Of a DNA stretch of 64,000 bases, positions 37,046-47,306 are shown piece after piece. The translations under genes and the position numbers were made by a program. The stretch's first letter is position 1; every line of letters starts with the position of its first letter. The notes below the pieces were generated by a model, which was not told the DNA's origin, ran no database searches, and saw nothing but the letters and a program-made list of their open reading frames with translations. Origin of the DNA: Terriglobales bacterium. Lineage in GTDB: Bacteria > Acidobacteriota > Terriglobia > Terriglobales > Acidobacteriaceae. Where the stretch lies: NCBI GenBank assembly GCA_038230455.1, contig JBBRNF010000007.1, positions 160,293-224,292 of the forward strand. Reading direction: 5' to 3'.

Positions 37046-38272
37046 CTAAAATTCTGCGCGCAATGCTGCAATCGGATCCAGTTCCGCAGCCTTCCGCGCC
37101 GGGTACACCCCAAAGAAAATCCCGACCGAGGTCGAAACCGCCAGCCCCGCGAAGATGCTCCAAATCGCGAGGCTTGATGGGAATCCCAGTATCGATGTGA
37201 CGATCTGCGCCACCGATACGCCGCCGATCACACCGATGGCACCGCCGATCAGTGCCATCGTGCCGGACTCCATCAGGAACTGCATCAGAACGTCCTGCCG
37301 CGTCGCGCCCAGCGCTTTGCGCACACCAATTTCGCGCGTTCGCTCCGTCACCGACACCAGCATGATGTTCATGATGACGATCCCGCCAACCACCAGCGAT
37401 ATGCCCGCGATGGCTACCGCGACGAGCTCGAAGCTACCCGAAATCTGCTTCCACAGCCCGGCGAGCGAGTCGCTGGTCTCGAGCGTGAAGCTGTCGTCCT
37501 CGCCCGGACGGTCGTGGCGCTGGCCGCGCATCAGCATGCGGGCCTGGTCGCTGGCCGCTTCCATCGCGGTCGCGCCTGTGCCGGCCTTCGCGTAAATCAA
37601 CACCGACTTCGCGGTCCCGTAGGTCTTCTGGAACGAGGTCAGCGGAACACCTACCCAGTTATCCTGGCTCTGGCCCAGCGTCTTGCCCTGCTTTTCGCCC
37701 AGCCCGATAATCGTGTAAGGCACGCCGTCGACTCGGATCTCCTTGCCGATGGGATCCTCGCCCTTCAACAGATTTTCCTGAATATCCGAGCCGACCAGCG
37801 CCACCCTGGCCCCGTGGTCGTCGTCCGATTGCGTAAACCCTCGCCCCGAAACAATGTTCAGATTCTGCATGTCGGGCATCTGCCACGTATAACCGCGGAT
37901 CGACGTGTCGGTGCTCGACTGCGTCCCCGCAACGATCTTGCCGGTAGCGGTCTGCATCGCACCGAGCGAGATGCAGCGATCGCAGTGCTCCTGCAGGCCG
38001 CGAAACTGATCCAGCGTGATCACTTTGCGCTTGCCGTATTTGATGAACTCCGAGTAGTTGGTCACGATGCCCGGAGACTTCGAAATTGTGAACACATCCG
38101 CGCCAACCTTGTTGATCTTGGTCGCCACGTACACGTTCGCGCCGTTGATCAGCGTTACCACCGCGATCACCGACGCCACACCGATGACCACGCCCAGCAG
38201 CGTGAGCACGGTGCGCAACTTGTTCGCCCATAACGATTGGATGGCGATCCGAAATGCTTCTTTGGTTCCCAT
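37046..38272 (-). CDS. ABC transporter permease, MacB/FtsX type (paralogue of the downstream gene)
   Basis: AIQSLWANKLRTVLTLLGVVIGVASVI ... VSVTERTREIGVRKALGA ... GVYPARKAAELDPIAALRAEF. Confidence 0.85.
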   Translation of the reverse strand: MGTKEAFRIAIQSLWANKLRTVLTLLGVVIGVASVIAVVTLINGANVYVATKINKVGADVFTISKSPGIVTNYSEFIKYGKRKVITLDQFRGLQEHCDRCISLGAMQTATGKIVAGTQSSTDTSIRGYTWQMPDMQNLNIVSGRGFTQSDDDHGARVALVGSDIQENLLKGEDPIGKEIRVDGVPYTIIGLGEKQGKTLGQSQDNWVGVPLTSFQKTYGTAKSVLIYAKAGTGATAMEAASDQARMLMRGQRHDRPGEDDSFTLETSDSLAGLWKQISGSFELVAVAIAGISLVVGGIVIMNIMLVSVTERTREIGVRKALGATRQDVLMQFLMESGTMALIGGAIGVIGGVSVAQIVTSILGFPSSLAIWSIFAGLAVSTSVGIFFGVYPARKAAELDPIAALRAEF

Positions 38273-38375
38273 AAATTTGCCTTACAAGACGCTTTCAGTC
38301 TACCGCGCACACCTCACCCGGCGTGTATGTCATGAAGTTTTACGTACAAAGCCTGACGCCGGTTCCATGGCTGGA

Positions 38376-39812
38376 TCAAACCACAAACATCTCTACAAAT
38401 TCATCCACCGGCATCGCCTCCAGTTTCGCCTGCTTCGCGGTTGCCTCCAGAATCTTTCCCTGAGCCTCCTCCGACAGCCGCCGCGCCAGGTTCGTACGGA
38501 ACTTCTCCCACAGTAGTGGAATCCCATCCCCTCGGCGCAGCCGATGCCCAATCGGATATTCCACCACGACCTCCGGCAGGTACGTCCCGTCGGTCAACTC
38601 CACTGTCAACGCGTTGGCAATCGAACGCTTTTCGGGATCGTGGTAATCCGCCGTAAACTGCGCATCCTCGACGCACAGGATCTTGGCCCGCAGCAGGTCA
38701 ATTCGCGAATCCGATGCCACCCCGTCCTCGTAGTCCTCCGCCTTCAGCCCACCGGTCAGCAGTGGCACGGCCACCATGTACTGGATGCAGTGATCCCGGT
38801 CCGCCGGATTATTCAGCGGTCCCTGCTTATCGATGATGCGAATGCAAGCCTCATGAGTGCGAATCGTTACGCGCGCAATGTCGGCGGCGGTCTTACCCGC
38901 ACCGGCCAGCTGCCCATGGATCGTCACCGCTGCTTCCACCGCTGTCTGCGAGTGAAACTCCGCCGGAAACGATATCTTGAACAGCACATTCTCCATCACG
39001 TAGCTGCCGTACGCCCGCTGGAACTTGAACTCCTGCCCCTTGAACGACACGTCGTAAAAGCCCCAAGTCTTTGCGCTCAGCGCACTCGGATAGCCCATCT
39101 CTCCGGTCTGCGCGATCAGCGCCAGCCGCACTGCCCGGCTCGTGGCATCGCCTGCAGCCCAGCTCTTCCGCGACCCGGCGTTTGGCGAGTGCCGGTACGT
39201 CCGCAGCGACTGCCCATCGACCCACGCCAGACTTACGGCGTTCAGACATTGCTCGCGCGTCAGCCCCAACATGCCCGCAACCACCGCCGTCGACGCGACC
39301 TTCACGAGCACCACATGGTCCAGCCCGACCTTGTTGAACGAGTTCTCGAGCGCCAGGCAGCCCTGAATCTCATGCGCTTTGATCATCGCCGTCAGCACGT
39401 CGCGCACCTTCAGCGGGTGCCCATTCCGCGTCATCCAATCCCCGACCGCGAGGATTGCTCCAAGGTTGTCGCTCGGATGTCCCCACTCCGCAGCCAGCCA
39501 GGTGTCGTTGAAGTCCAGCCACCGAATAATGGTCCCAATATTAAACGCAGCCGCCACGGGGTCAAGCTCATATCCAGTCCCCGGAACCCGCGCCCCCTTC
39601 GTCATTGTGAGTCCCGGAACCAGCGGCCCCAGCAGCTTTGTACAGGCCGGAAAATCCAGCGCTTGCAATCCACACCCCAACGTATCGAGCAGACAATACC
39701 GCGCGGTCTCGTACGCTAGCTCGCTCACAATCTTGTGATTCAAAACATAATCAACAATGTCGATGATGGGTTGATCAAAGGGCGGACGAACATTGGAAAT
39801 GTGTGAAGACAT
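38376..39812 (-). CDS. prpD: 2-methylcitrate dehydratase
   Basis: MmgE/PrpD family sequence throughout ([32 protein letters not shown], KxxxCxxxxQ-type patterns), in an operon with prpB and prpC. The internal ATG at 39812 ([14 protein letters not shown]) is preferred. Confidence 0.85.
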   Translation of the reverse strand: MSSHISNVRPPFDQPIIDIVDYVLNHKIVSELAYETARYCLLDTLGCGLQALDFPACTKLLGPLVPGLTMTKGARVPGTGYELDPVAAAFNIGTIIRWLDFNDTWLAAEWGHPSDNLGAILAVGDWMTRNGHPLKVRDVLTAMIKAHEIQGCLALENSFNKVGLDHVVLVKVASTAVVAGMLGLTREQCLNAVSLAWVDGQSLRTYRHSPNAGSRKSWAAGDATSRAVRLALIAQTGEMGYPSALSAKTWGFYDVSFKGQEFKFQRAYGSYVMENVLFKISFPAEFHSQTAVEAAVTIHGQLAGAGKTAADIARVTIRTHEACIRIIDKQGPLNNPADRDHCIQYMVAVPLLTGGLKAEDYEDGVASDSRIDLLRAKILCVEDAQFTADYHDPEKRSIANALTVELTDGTYLPEVVVEYPIGHRLRRGDGIPLLWEKFRTNLARRLSEEAQGKILEATAKQAKLEAMPVDEFVEMFVV

Positions 39813-39951
39813 GAAGAACTTCCTTTTTGCTATGAGATTGGCTACCGCTCGACTTTGATGGCAACTGCCCATCCGTCACCGTCGTGACGCGGAACAGGAC
39901 GGCAACCACGAGCAACACATGTTGACGGAACGGAAGAGATAGGTCGTATTC

Positions 39952-41112
39952 CTACTCCCGTTCCGCCATCCCCACAAACACCACATCCTCCGGCCCGGTG
40001 TAGTTCGCGCTCGGCCGAATGATCTTCCCATCCACCCGCTGCTCCATCACATGTGCTGCCCATCCACTGGTTCGAGCAATCGCAAAGATCGGCGTGAACA
40101 TCGCCGTCGGAATCCCCATCACGTGATAGCTCACCGCGCTGAACCAATCCAGATTTGGAAACATCCGCTTGATCTCCCACATCACGCTCTCCAGCCGCTC
40201 CGCCACGTCATACATGGCCGTATCTCCTGCTGCACGCGACAGGTCCTCGGCTACCTTTTTGATCACCACATTCCGCGGGTCGCCAGTGGTATAAACCGGG
40301 TGCCCGAACCCGATAATTACTTCCCTGCGTCCCACGCGCTCGCGAATGTCGGCCTCCGCCTCGTCGGGCGATGCATACCTCTGTTGAATCTCCAGCGCAA
40401 CTTCATTCGCCCCGCCGTGCTTGGGCCCCTTGAGCGCGCCGATCGCACCGGCAATCGCCGAAAACATATCGGAGCCGGTGCCCGCGATAACGCGGGCGGT
40501 GAAAGTAGAAGCGTTGAATTCATGCTCCGCATACAGAATCAGCGACACCTGCATAGCCTGCACCCACTCCGCGCTTTGCGGCGCGCCATGCAGCAGCGTC
40601 AAAAAATGCCCGGCAATCGAGGCGTCCTCCGTCTCGACCGAAATCCGCGAGCCGTCCTTCACAAAGTGGTGCCAGTACAGCAGCATCGACCCCTGCGAAG
40701 CCATCAACCTGTCTGCCACATCGAGCGCACTTTCCGCCGTATGGGGCATCGCCTCGGGCTCCAGAGTTGCCAGCACCGACACACCCACCCGCAGCACGTC
40801 CATCGGATGCGCCGTCCCCGGCAACTGCTCGAGGGCCACCTTCACGCCCTCGGGCAGACCCCGCATCCCGCGCAGCCGCTGCTTGTAGGGGGTCAACTCC
40901 GCGAGCGTCGGCAGCTTGCCATAGAGCAGCAGGTACGCCACTTCCTCAAACTCGCACTTCGCCGCCAGCTCCAGAATGTCGTACCCACGGTAGTGCAGGT
41001 CATTCCCATTCCGCCCTACCGTACACAGCGCCGTATTCCCCGCCGGCACCCCCGACAACGCCACCGACTTCTTCGGCTTGAAAGCCCCCGCCACCACTGC
41101 CGCTTCACCCAT
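39952..41112 (-). CDS. prpC: 2-methylcitrate synthase / citrate synthase family
   Basis: [34 protein letters not shown] and GFGHPVY are citrate synthase family signatures. The prp operon context supports the call. Confidence 0.85.
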   Translation of the reverse strand: MGEAAVVAGAFKPKKSVALSGVPAGNTALCTVGRNGNDLHYRGYDILELAAKCEFEEVAYLLLYGKLPTLAELTPYKQRLRGMRGLPEGVKVALEQLPGTAHPMDVLRVGVSVLATLEPEAMPHTAESALDVADRLMASQGSMLLYWHHFVKDGSRISVETEDASIAGHFLTLLHGAPQSAEWVQAMQVSLILYAEHEFNASTFTARVIAGTGSDMFSAIAGAIGALKGPKHGGANEVALEIQQRYASPDEAEADIRERVGRREVIIGFGHPVYTTGDPRNVVIKKVAEDLSRAAGDTAMYDVAERLESVMWEIKRMFPNLDWFSAVSYHVMGIPTAMFTPIFAIARTSGWAAHVMEQRVDGKIIRPSANYTGPEDVVFVGMAERE

Positions 41113-41162
41113 ACGATTCCAGCTCTCTTTTCCTGTTCGTGTTCCCAGTTACATGGTGCCTG

Positions 41163-42059
41163 CTAAATCTTCTTCTCAAACAGCTCGTCCAGCTTCCGCT
41201 CAAACTCGTGATAACCCAGGAACTCGTACAGCTCTGCGCGGGTCTGCATCGTCTCCAGCACATTCTTCTGCGTCCCATCCCGCCGCACCGCTTCATATAC
41301 CTTCAACGCCGCCTGATTCATAGCCCGAAACGCCGACAGCGGATACAGAGCAATCGCCACATCCGCTGCGCGCAACTCGTCGAGATTCCACAGCGGCGTC
41401 GCCCCAAACTCCGTGATGTTCGCCAGCACCGGCACCATGGTCCGCGCCGCGAACGCCCGATACTGCTCGAGCTCGGTCACCGCCTCCGGGAAGACCATAT
41501 CCGCGCCCGCCTCCACGCAAGCCGCGGCCCGGTCCAGCGCCGCCTGCAAGCCCTCATTCGCCAGCGCATCCGTGCGTGCCATCACGACAAAGCTTTCATC
41601 CGTGCGCGCATCCACCGCCGCCTTGATCCGATCCACCATCTCTTCCGAGGACACGATCGCCTTCCCAGGACGATGCCCACAACGCTTTGCCTGCACCTGG
41701 TCCTCGATATGGCATCCACCCGCGCCCGCCTTGATGAGCGCACGTACACTCCGCGCCAGGTTGAACGCTCCGCCAAATCCCGTATCAATGTCCACCAGCA
41801 GCGGCAGCCTGCAAACATCAGTAATCCTCCGGACGTCCACCAGCACGTCTTCCAACGCGGAAATGCCAAGATCAGGAACTCCCAGCGAACCCGCCGCCAC
41901 CCCGCCTCCCGACACGTACAGCGCCCGATAACCCACCTGCTCCGCCATCCGCGCGTGATACGCATTGATGGCACCGATCACCTGCAGCGGACGCTCCTCC
42001 GCTACCGCTGCCCGAAGCAATTGGCCCGCCGTTTTATTCGCGATCTTTATGTCTTCCAT
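41163..42059 (-). CDS. prpB: Methylisocitrate lyase
   Basis: [25 protein letters not shown] and [16 protein letters not shown] (KRCGH active-site loop). The ATG at 42059 ([12 protein letters not shown]) is preferred over the track start. Confidence 0.85.
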   Translation of the reverse strand: MEDIKIANKTAGQLLRAAVAEERPLQVIGAINAYHARMAEQVGYRALYVSGGGVAAGSLGVPDLGISALEDVLVDVRRITDVCRLPLLVDIDTGFGGAFNLARSVRALIKAGAGGCHIEDQVQAKRCGHRPGKAIVSSEEMVDRIKAAVDARTDESFVVMARTDALANEGLQAALDRAAACVEAGADMVFPEAVTELEQYRAFAARTMVPVLANITEFGATPLWNLDELRAADVAIALYPLSAFRAMNQAALKVYEAVRRDGTQKNVLETMQTRAELYEFLGYHEFERKLDELFEKKI

Positions 42060-42265
42060 ATGTCTTCCATCGCATCCATTACCCACGCTTCCGCGTCCAG
42101 CGCGAATCAAAATCCTAGCAGTTCCGCCTGCTTCAAGAATCCGCGGCAAGCGGTTGGGCTTGTCCGCCGGAGGGCGCAGGTCCTTAGCGCCCCCGATTCA
42201 CACCGGCTTTCGAACGGGCTTCAGCCCCGGAGGAACGGCCGATGGAGCGCGTGCAGAAGTCAAAC

Positions 42266-43723
42266 CTAATTCTTCTCCGGACACACACATCCCCTGTACG
42301 CGGCCGCCGTATCGTTCGTAATGGCGCACGAGGTTTCCGGCCATAATAGCCGCATCGCGATCGCGCGCAGGCCTCCACCCACCATAAAGTTGTTCTCGTA
42401 GGCCTGCGTCTGGGCCGAAGCCGCTGCCTGGTCCGCTCGAAATGCGCCCACGATCGCAGCCACATCCTCGGCACGAAACGCCGGCCGGTCATAAGTCGTT
42501 GAGTACCGGTACTCCTCACTCCACTTCGCCCCAATGCCCGTCTGGTTGTCTCCAAACACCACGCGATAGTCCTTTAACACCGCGGTCCGCGGCTCCACCT
42601 CCGCCAGCGTGAACGCTGGCAGGTTGCCATTGATCGGCGTGACCGCGGGCAACAGCTTCACCGCCACCGTCGCTCCGTCCACCCCGTGCAGCAGGCGCAT
42701 CTCGTCCATGTGCGTGTGCCCGAACAGCACCAGCCGAATCTCCGCCGCGAACTCCGTCAGGACATCCACGAGCCGCTCGTCGCTCAGAAACATCACCGGA
42801 GCCTGCCCGCCACACACATTGCGTTTGCCCTGCACAGTCGAGTACACGTTGACGCCGGGGGGAATATGCGCCATCACCCACACCTGCTCATGATGCGTGC
42901 GCGCCGCCGCCAACTCGGTTCGCAGCCACTCGAGTTGTGCGGCACCCGGCGCAAGGTCCGCTTTACCATTGCAGCCTGCATACTCGCGCGAAAGAAAAAC
43001 ATCCTGCAACACGATCAGACGTCCGCGAACAATCGGGTTCGGCAACGCCACGCTGTAGTTGCCTCCCAACGGAAACCCGCTCGCCACCGCCGCGCGCCCC
43101 GCAGGTACCAGCGTGGCGTCGCTGAACGTCCGCGCCACGTCCGCCAGGAACGCACTGTTCTGCCCTTCACGATAGTCGCCGCACCCGGCATCGTTGTTGC
43201 CCAGCGCCATGTACACCGGACTCCGCGGAAACGAACGTCGTAGCTCACTCGCCACAAAGGCCACCGTCTTCGCCGCGAAATCCGAGAACTCTGCCTCGCT
43301 CCCGCCATGCGCCAGTGCGTGAAACCGGCAATCGAATTTATGCACCACCAAGTCTCCAGAAACGGTGACAAAAAGCGGGTGCGGCGATTGCGCATGGGCC
43401 GCCGCCACGCTCGACTCGAGCAGCGTCCACGGCGTGTCCACACCCCGCGCAGGACACTTGCTGCTCAACCCGGCAAAGTCCGTGGCCTGCGTCGGCGCAT
43501 CCGGCTCAGTCAGTATCCGCTGCCACATCGTGACCGGCGCCGCGCGCAGCCGGTCGAACTTCGCGGGATCGTGGAACGGGTCGAAGTGGATATCGCTCAA
43601 CATCACGACCGGGACCGTCGCCGCGGCAACCCGTCCCGGCAGATCGGTCGCCGAAGCAACGCCACATGTCATCCCCGCCACAACGAGAAACGCCAGCTTC
43701 CGACCACGGGCAACCAAAGCCAT
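42266..43723 (-). CDS. Secreted calcineurin-like metallophosphoesterase (acid sphingomyelinase-like phosphodiesterase type)
   Basis: Signal peptide, then VVMLSDIHFDPFHDP, GDLVVH, ALGNND, MAHIPPG and LFGHTHMDE metallophosphoesterase motifs. Confidence 0.7.
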   Translation of the reverse strand: MALVARGRKLAFLVVAGMTCGVASATDLPGRVAAATVPVVMLSDIHFDPFHDPAKFDRLRAAPVTMWQRILTEPDAPTQATDFAGLSSKCPARGVDTPWTLLESSVAAAHAQSPHPLFVTVSGDLVVHKFDCRFHALAHGGSEAEFSDFAAKTVAFVASELRRSFPRSPVYMALGNNDAGCGDYREGQNSAFLADVARTFSDATLVPAGRAAVASGFPLGGNYSVALPNPIVRGRLIVLQDVFLSREYAGCNGKADLAPGAAQLEWLRTELAAARTHHEQVWVMAHIPPGVNVYSTVQGKRNVCGGQAPVMFLSDERLVDVLTEFAAEIRLVLFGHTHMDEMRLLHGVDGATVAVKLLPAVTPINGNLPAFTLAEVEPRTAVLKDYRVVFGDNQTGIGAKWSEEYRYSTTYDRPAFRAEDVAAIVGAFRADQAAASAQTQAYENNFMVGGGLRAIAMRLLWPETSCAITNDTAAAYRGCVCPEKN

Positions 43724-43923
43724 CCAGCCTTCTCCAAATCCGCACTTGCGATACCGTAGAGTGCAGTCGCTACAGTGTATCGACTGTGTGTTACAAGTTT
43801 TCGGTTGACGGTTCTCTCAGCCGTGGGCTCCTCGTTGGGGGTCCTCGCATTGTCGCTTTGCCCCTTTGGATGGTCATTCCCGTAGGATTTGCGTTTCCCC
43901 ATCACGGTACGGTCACAACCCAC

Positions 43924-44976
43924 ATGCTGATTCCCTTCGACCAGCTCCGCACCACGCTCGAACTCGCCCTCGTCAACCTCGGCCTCCCCGGCGAGCGCGC
44001 CGCGCTGTCCGCGCGCCTCATCGCCGAAACCGACCTGGACGGCGTCTCCACCCACGGCATCGCACGTTTCTCCCGCTTCGCCGACATGGTGCGCGCCGGT
44101 CATATAGACCCCCGAGCCACGCCCAACCGCACCGCCAGCTTCGGCGCACTCGAGCGCTGGACCGGGAACCTGGGTCCCGGCAACCTGGCCGCCCACGCGG
44201 CGATGACACGCGCGATGCAACTCGCAGACCAGCAAGGACTTGGCGGCGTCGCGCTCGCCCATACCAACCACTGGCAACGCGGAGGCACCTACGGCTGGCA
44301 GGCAGCAGCCGCCGGCTTCGCCTCGATCTGCTGGACGAACACGCTGCCCAACGTACCGCCCTGGGGAGCCACCACACCCGCCGTTGGCAACAATCCCCTC
44401 GTCATTTCGATTCCCAGATCCATCTGCAACGGCGTCGAAGAAACTGCGGCGCCTATCGTGCTTGACATGGCCATGTCGCAGTTCTCCTACGGCACCATCA
44501 CCGCTTATCGGGAGGCCGGCAAGCCACTGCCCGTGCCCGGGGGCTTCGATACAGCGGGCAACCTCACCACCGACGCCGCCCAGATCGAAGCCTCGCAGCG
44601 AGCGTTGCCCATCGGCTTCTGGAAAGGCTCCGGCCTCTCCTTTGCGCTCGACGTTCTCGGCGCGCTGCTGGCCGACGGCCGCCCTACCCACGAAATCCCG
44701 GCGGACTTCACGCGCGAAACCGGCGTCTCGCAGATCTTCCTCGCGATGTCTCCGGAAGCCCTGCGCTCGAACAACGCCCTGCGCACCGTAGCCGACGACG
44801 CGATCGCCTTCCTGCACGCCGCCACTCCCTCAGACCCCGACCACCCCCCGCGCTACCCCGGCGAGCGCACCCTCCAGACCCGCGCCCACAACCTCGCACA
44901 CGGCATCCCCCTCCACCCCACTCACTGGGCCTTCGTGCAGGAAACAGCCGCTTGGAAAGCAGTGACCAGCAACTGA
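43924..44976 (+). CDS. Malate/L-lactate dehydrogenase family 2 (Ldh_2; e.g. 2,3-diketo-L-gulonate reductase-like) oxidoreductase
   Basis: From the internal ATG: MLIPFDQLRTTLELALVNLGLP...TDLDGVSTHGIARF...NPLVISIP...DMAMSQFSYG matches the Ldh_2 family pattern. Confidence 0.7.
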   Translation: MLIPFDQLRTTLELALVNLGLPGERAALSARLIAETDLDGVSTHGIARFSRFADMVRAGHIDPRATPNRTASFGALERWTGNLGPGNLAAHAAMTRAMQLADQQGLGGVALAHTNHWQRGGTYGWQAAAAGFASICWTNTLPNVPPWGATTPAVGNNPLVISIPRSICNGVEETAAPIVLDMAMSQFSYGTITAYREAGKPLPVPGGFDTAGNLTTDAAQIEASQRALPIGFWKGSGLSFALDVLGALLADGRPTHEIPADFTRETGVSQIFLAMSPEALRSNNALRTVADDAIAFLHAATPSDPDHPPRYPGERTLQTRAHNLAHGIPLHPTHWAFVQETAAWKAVTSN

Positions 44977-45060
44977 CCCGGCTATGGATTCGGGGTTCGG
45001 GGTTCGGGTTCTGGGTTCTGGGCGGTTTACCCACGACCCGGAACCAAGAACCGATCAACC

Positions 45061-47058
45061 TCACTCCTCCGGCCGATCCGGCTGCGACAAGTAAACCTCT
45101 TCCACCCTCGCCAACGTGTCGATCTCCGCCAACGGTTTATCCGTCCGTATCCGGATAATTCGCGGAAACCGTATCGCAAACCCCGACGCGTGGCGCGTAG
45201 ACCGCATGATGTTGTTGAACGCCACCTCCAGCACAATCTGCGGCTCGACGGTGCGGAAATGCCCATGATCTTCGAGCGTATGCGCCTTCAGCCACTCCGT
45301 CAGCTCCAGTATCTCGACATCGGTCACCCCCGAATACGCCTTACCCACATTCAACAGTTCTCCATCCCCGCCGCGCACGGCAAACGTATAGTCCGACAGC
45401 AACCCGGCCCGCCGCCCATGCCCAAACTCCGCGCCAGTAATCACTACATCCAGCGTTGCCAGCTCGCGCTTCAACTTCACCCACGCCAGCCCGCGCCGCC
45501 CCGGCAGGTACGCCGAGTTCGCCGCCTTCAACATCACGCCTTCATTCTTCCGCTCGCGCGCATCCCGGTATGCACGATCGATCGCTTCCGCATCGGCTAC
45601 CCGCTGCGACGGCGAAAGCAGCAGCCGCGCCTTGCCTTCCGCCTCTGGTGTTTCGCCGCCAAACAACCCCTGCTGCGCGCCCTTCCGCGACCCATCGACG
45701 ACCAGCGGCGCAACCACCCGTGCCTGCCACCGCCCCACCACCGCCTCCAGCCGTGCTCGCCGTTCTGACAACGGCAGCGGCAGCAGCAACTCCTCGCCCG
45801 CAAACAACAGATCGAACGCCATAAATACCACCGGAATTTGCGTACGCAGCTGATTCGACACGACCTTCCGCCCAATCCTCTGCCCCATCACCGCAAACGG
45901 CAGCGCCTGCCCGGCGGCATAATCCCACCCCAGAATTTCGCCGTCCAGGATGAGCGGCTCGGCAACCCCCGCAAACGCCTCCTCCAAGTCCGGAAAGCTC
46001 GCCGTTATGTCCTCGCGATTGCGCGAGTAGATCGCGACCCGCCCCGGCTGCCCGCGATCCCCGCAATGCACCTGCGCTCGCATGCCGTCATACTTGTCCT
46101 CCAGAAACGCCAGCACGCCGCCAGCATCCTCGGACAGCGGCACCCCGAACCGCAAGACAGGGTCTCCGATCCTGCCATCATCCCTCTCGGGTGAGGTTGG
46201 GGATTCAGCCCCGGACCCTGCCGCACGGCTCTCGGTCTCCACATCCTCCGCCAAACCCTCCTCCGCAGCCTCCACCGCCACCAGCCCCTTCGCCGACTTG
46301 CGGCCCTTCTTCGCCACCACTATCTTCGGCGGGGGCTCCGTAAACCTCTTCACCGCATCTTCTGGCGTCTCCACCGGAGAAGCCAGCATGAATCCCAGCG
46401 CATGGAATAGAGTCATCCTCGCCTCGCCCAGCGTCCCCGCAAACGCCCGCTCCACCGACCTCCCCAGGTCTGCCTCAAGCATCACCGCGTGCCGCACCGC
46501 AGCTACGTCCGCCTCCGCCGCCACCGCAATCGCCTCCTCCACCAGCGATTGCTTTACCCCGATCCGCATGTCGCCCAGCATCAGCTTCAGCAGATACTTT
46601 GCCTCGAGCGCCGTCGCCCGCCGCAGCAGCCGCTCCACCAGCGCTGCCCGCACCGCCGTCGTCCGCGCCACGGCCATCGACGCAAATGTCTCCGCCACCT
46701 CACCCAGAGAAACCGGCTGCCCGGCACCTTCGGGCATGGGTGCCTTATCAGCCAGCAGATGGTGCGCTGCCGCTCCCAGGTCTCCATATTTGCGATAGGC
46801 TGCCGTCAGCGCCGCTTCGGTCGCCCCCGACACCGTCAGCACCGCCCGCGACAGCAGCGCTCCACCCGCATTCAGCTTCCGCGCGTCGTTTTCCGCAAAC
46901 GGCTGCCCTGACAGATACATGGCGAACAGCCCTGCATCCTGTGGTTCGGCCCGCAGCAGCGCCTGTGCAATCGCCGCGCGCTTTTTCAACCGGCTGCCTT
47001 GTCCCGCCAAAGATTCAGCCACGTCAGCAATCTGAGCAAACAGAGTCATGTTGTACAA
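45061..47058 (-). CDS. ATP-dependent DNA ligase (three-domain, Lig1/LigB-like)
   Basis: N-terminal DNA-binding domain; adenylation motif I EDKYDGMRAQVH (Lys codon 46093-46095); ILDGEILGW, VFMAFDLL, NEGVMLK and WVKLK motifs; C-terminal OB domain. A ~60-aa charged low-complexity insert precedes motif I. Confidence 0.85.
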   Translation of the reverse strand: MYNMTLFAQIADVAESLAGQGSRLKKRAAIAQALLRAEPQDAGLFAMYLSGQPFAENDARKLNAGGALLSRAVLTVSGATEAALTAAYRKYGDLGAAAHHLLADKAPMPEGAGQPVSLGEVAETFASMAVARTTAVRAALVERLLRRATALEAKYLLKLMLGDMRIGVKQSLVEEAIAVAAEADVAAVRHAVMLEADLGRSVERAFAGTLGEARMTLFHALGFMLASPVETPEDAVKRFTEPPPKIVVAKKGRKSAKGLVAVEAAEEGLAEDVETESRAAGSGAESPTSPERDDGRIGDPVLRFGVPLSEDAGGVLAFLEDKYDGMRAQVHCGDRGQPGRVAIYSRNREDITASFPDLEEAFAGVAEPLILDGEILGWDYAAGQALPFAVMGQRIGRKVVSNQLRTQIPVVFMAFDLLFAGEELLLPLPLSERRARLEAVVGRWQARVVAPLVVDGSRKGAQQGLFGGETPEAEGKARLLLSPSQRVADAEAIDRAYRDARERKNEGVMLKAANSAYLPGRRGLAWVKLKRELATLDVVITGAEFGHGRRAGLLSDYTFAVRGGDGELLNVGKAYSGVTDVEILELTEWLKAHTLEDHGHFRTVEPQIVLEVAFNNIMRSTRHASGFAIRFPRIIRIRTDKPLAEIDTLARVEEVYLSQPDRPEE

Positions 47059-47306
47059 GGCACTCGCTGTACTAGGATGCGAACTGGCTCTGCCGGCAAC
47101 TCGATTCCGGTGCCATGCCTGCTCCCCGCGCGCGAAGTCAACTGTTCGCTGCGATCTCCGCCCAGCCCAACGGCGAAAACGCGCATCCTATCAACTGTCT
47201 GCCCGGCGGCCATCACGCCGCTTCCATCGTTGGCGCGCCTCGCCCGCATCAGCGCATGTCATACAGGGGCCAGATGTTCTTGCCCCCTGTCAGGAGTTTA
47301 AACTTA

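Noticed and set aside
38544-42269. Series of long plus-strand ORFs (391, 371 and 376 aa) across prpD, prpC and prpB
   Set aside because: All are antisense to the well-supported prp operon. Their translations are dominated by Arg/Pro/His/Leu runs and lack motifs.
43669-44817. 382-aa minus-strand ORF opposite the Ldh_2 gene
   Set aside because: It is an antisense shadow ORF with no motif, and the plus-strand frame matches the Ldh_2 pattern.
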